20,000 bases of DNA from Chiloscyllium plagiosum (taxonomy: Eukaryota): assembly GCF_004010195.1 (NCBI RefSeq), contig NC_057750.1, positions 15,800,344 to 15,820,343 of the forward strand, given 5' to 3'. Both the position numbers and the translations under genes were made by a program. Below, piece by piece: positions 19,633 to 20,000 of this stretch; position 1 is the stretch's first letter, and every line of letters starts with the position of its first letter. Below the pieces are notes generated by a model. The model had not been told where the DNA came from and ran no database searches. It saw only the letters and a program-made list of their open reading frames with translations.

Positions 19633-20000
19633 ATGACTTCCAATATCTCTAATGATAAGAAAGTTAACATTAAGGCACTTTACCTGAATGCTCGTAGCAT
19701 TCATAACAAAGCAGACGAACTAATGGCACAGATCATCGTGAATGATTATGATGTGGTAGGCATCACAGAGACGTGGTTACAGGAGGGTCAGGACTGGCAG
19801 TTAAACATCCAAGGGTTTTCAACTTATCGAAAAGACAGGGAGGTGGGCAGAGGAGGCGGGGTTACCTTGTTAGTTAAGAACAAAATTAAATCTATGACAC
19901 TGAATGACATAGCGTCGGATGATGTGAAGTCTGTGTGGGTGGAATTGAGGAACCACAAAGGCAAAAAAAAAAACAGAGTGGGAGTTATGTACAGACCTCC
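19633..20000 (+). mobile_element. CR1 LINE ORF2 N-terminus (APE endonuclease), open to the window edge
   Basis: From ATG 19633: MTSNISNDKKVNIKALYLNARSIHNKADEL...YDVVGITETWL...YRKDREVGRGGGVTLLVK...SVWVEL...VGVMYRP with no stop. It is absent from the ORF track because it is unterminated. Confidence 0.92.

Overview
Repeat-dense, essentially non-coding vertebrate genomic DNA. The HE1-type V-SINEs, CR1/HER1-like LINE tails and Penelope-like elements (PLEs) point to a cartilaginous fish, probably a shark (inference). No host protein-coding gene can be supported; most listed ORFs are decayed retroelement fragments or chance frames. Contents: (i) decayed PLEs with RT and/or GIY-YIG motifs at 1-965(-), 4297-6130 (head-to-head inverted pair) and 16586-18430(+); (ii) several short PLE pseudo-LTR (pLTR) insertions, three with fold-back architecture and target-site duplications (TSDs); (iii) eight intact or degenerate minimal hammerhead ribozyme (HHR) cores (CUGANGA-N-stem II-GAAA-CGUC) in those pLTRs; (iv) an 805-bp internally deleted mini-PLE (15581-16385) with two same-strand HHRs 587 nt apart whose stem III halves are mutually complementary, the most notable item; (v) a long decayed CR1 LINE with an SGNH-esterase ORF1 remnant (11040-15277), many CR1 3' fragments and an open CR1 ORF2 start at the right edge; (vi) tRNA-derived SINEs and two probable solo LTRs. 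PLE-associated hammerheads are an established phenomenon; any novelty lies in the specific architectures. All coordinates were read by eye and boundaries of decayed elements are approximate.
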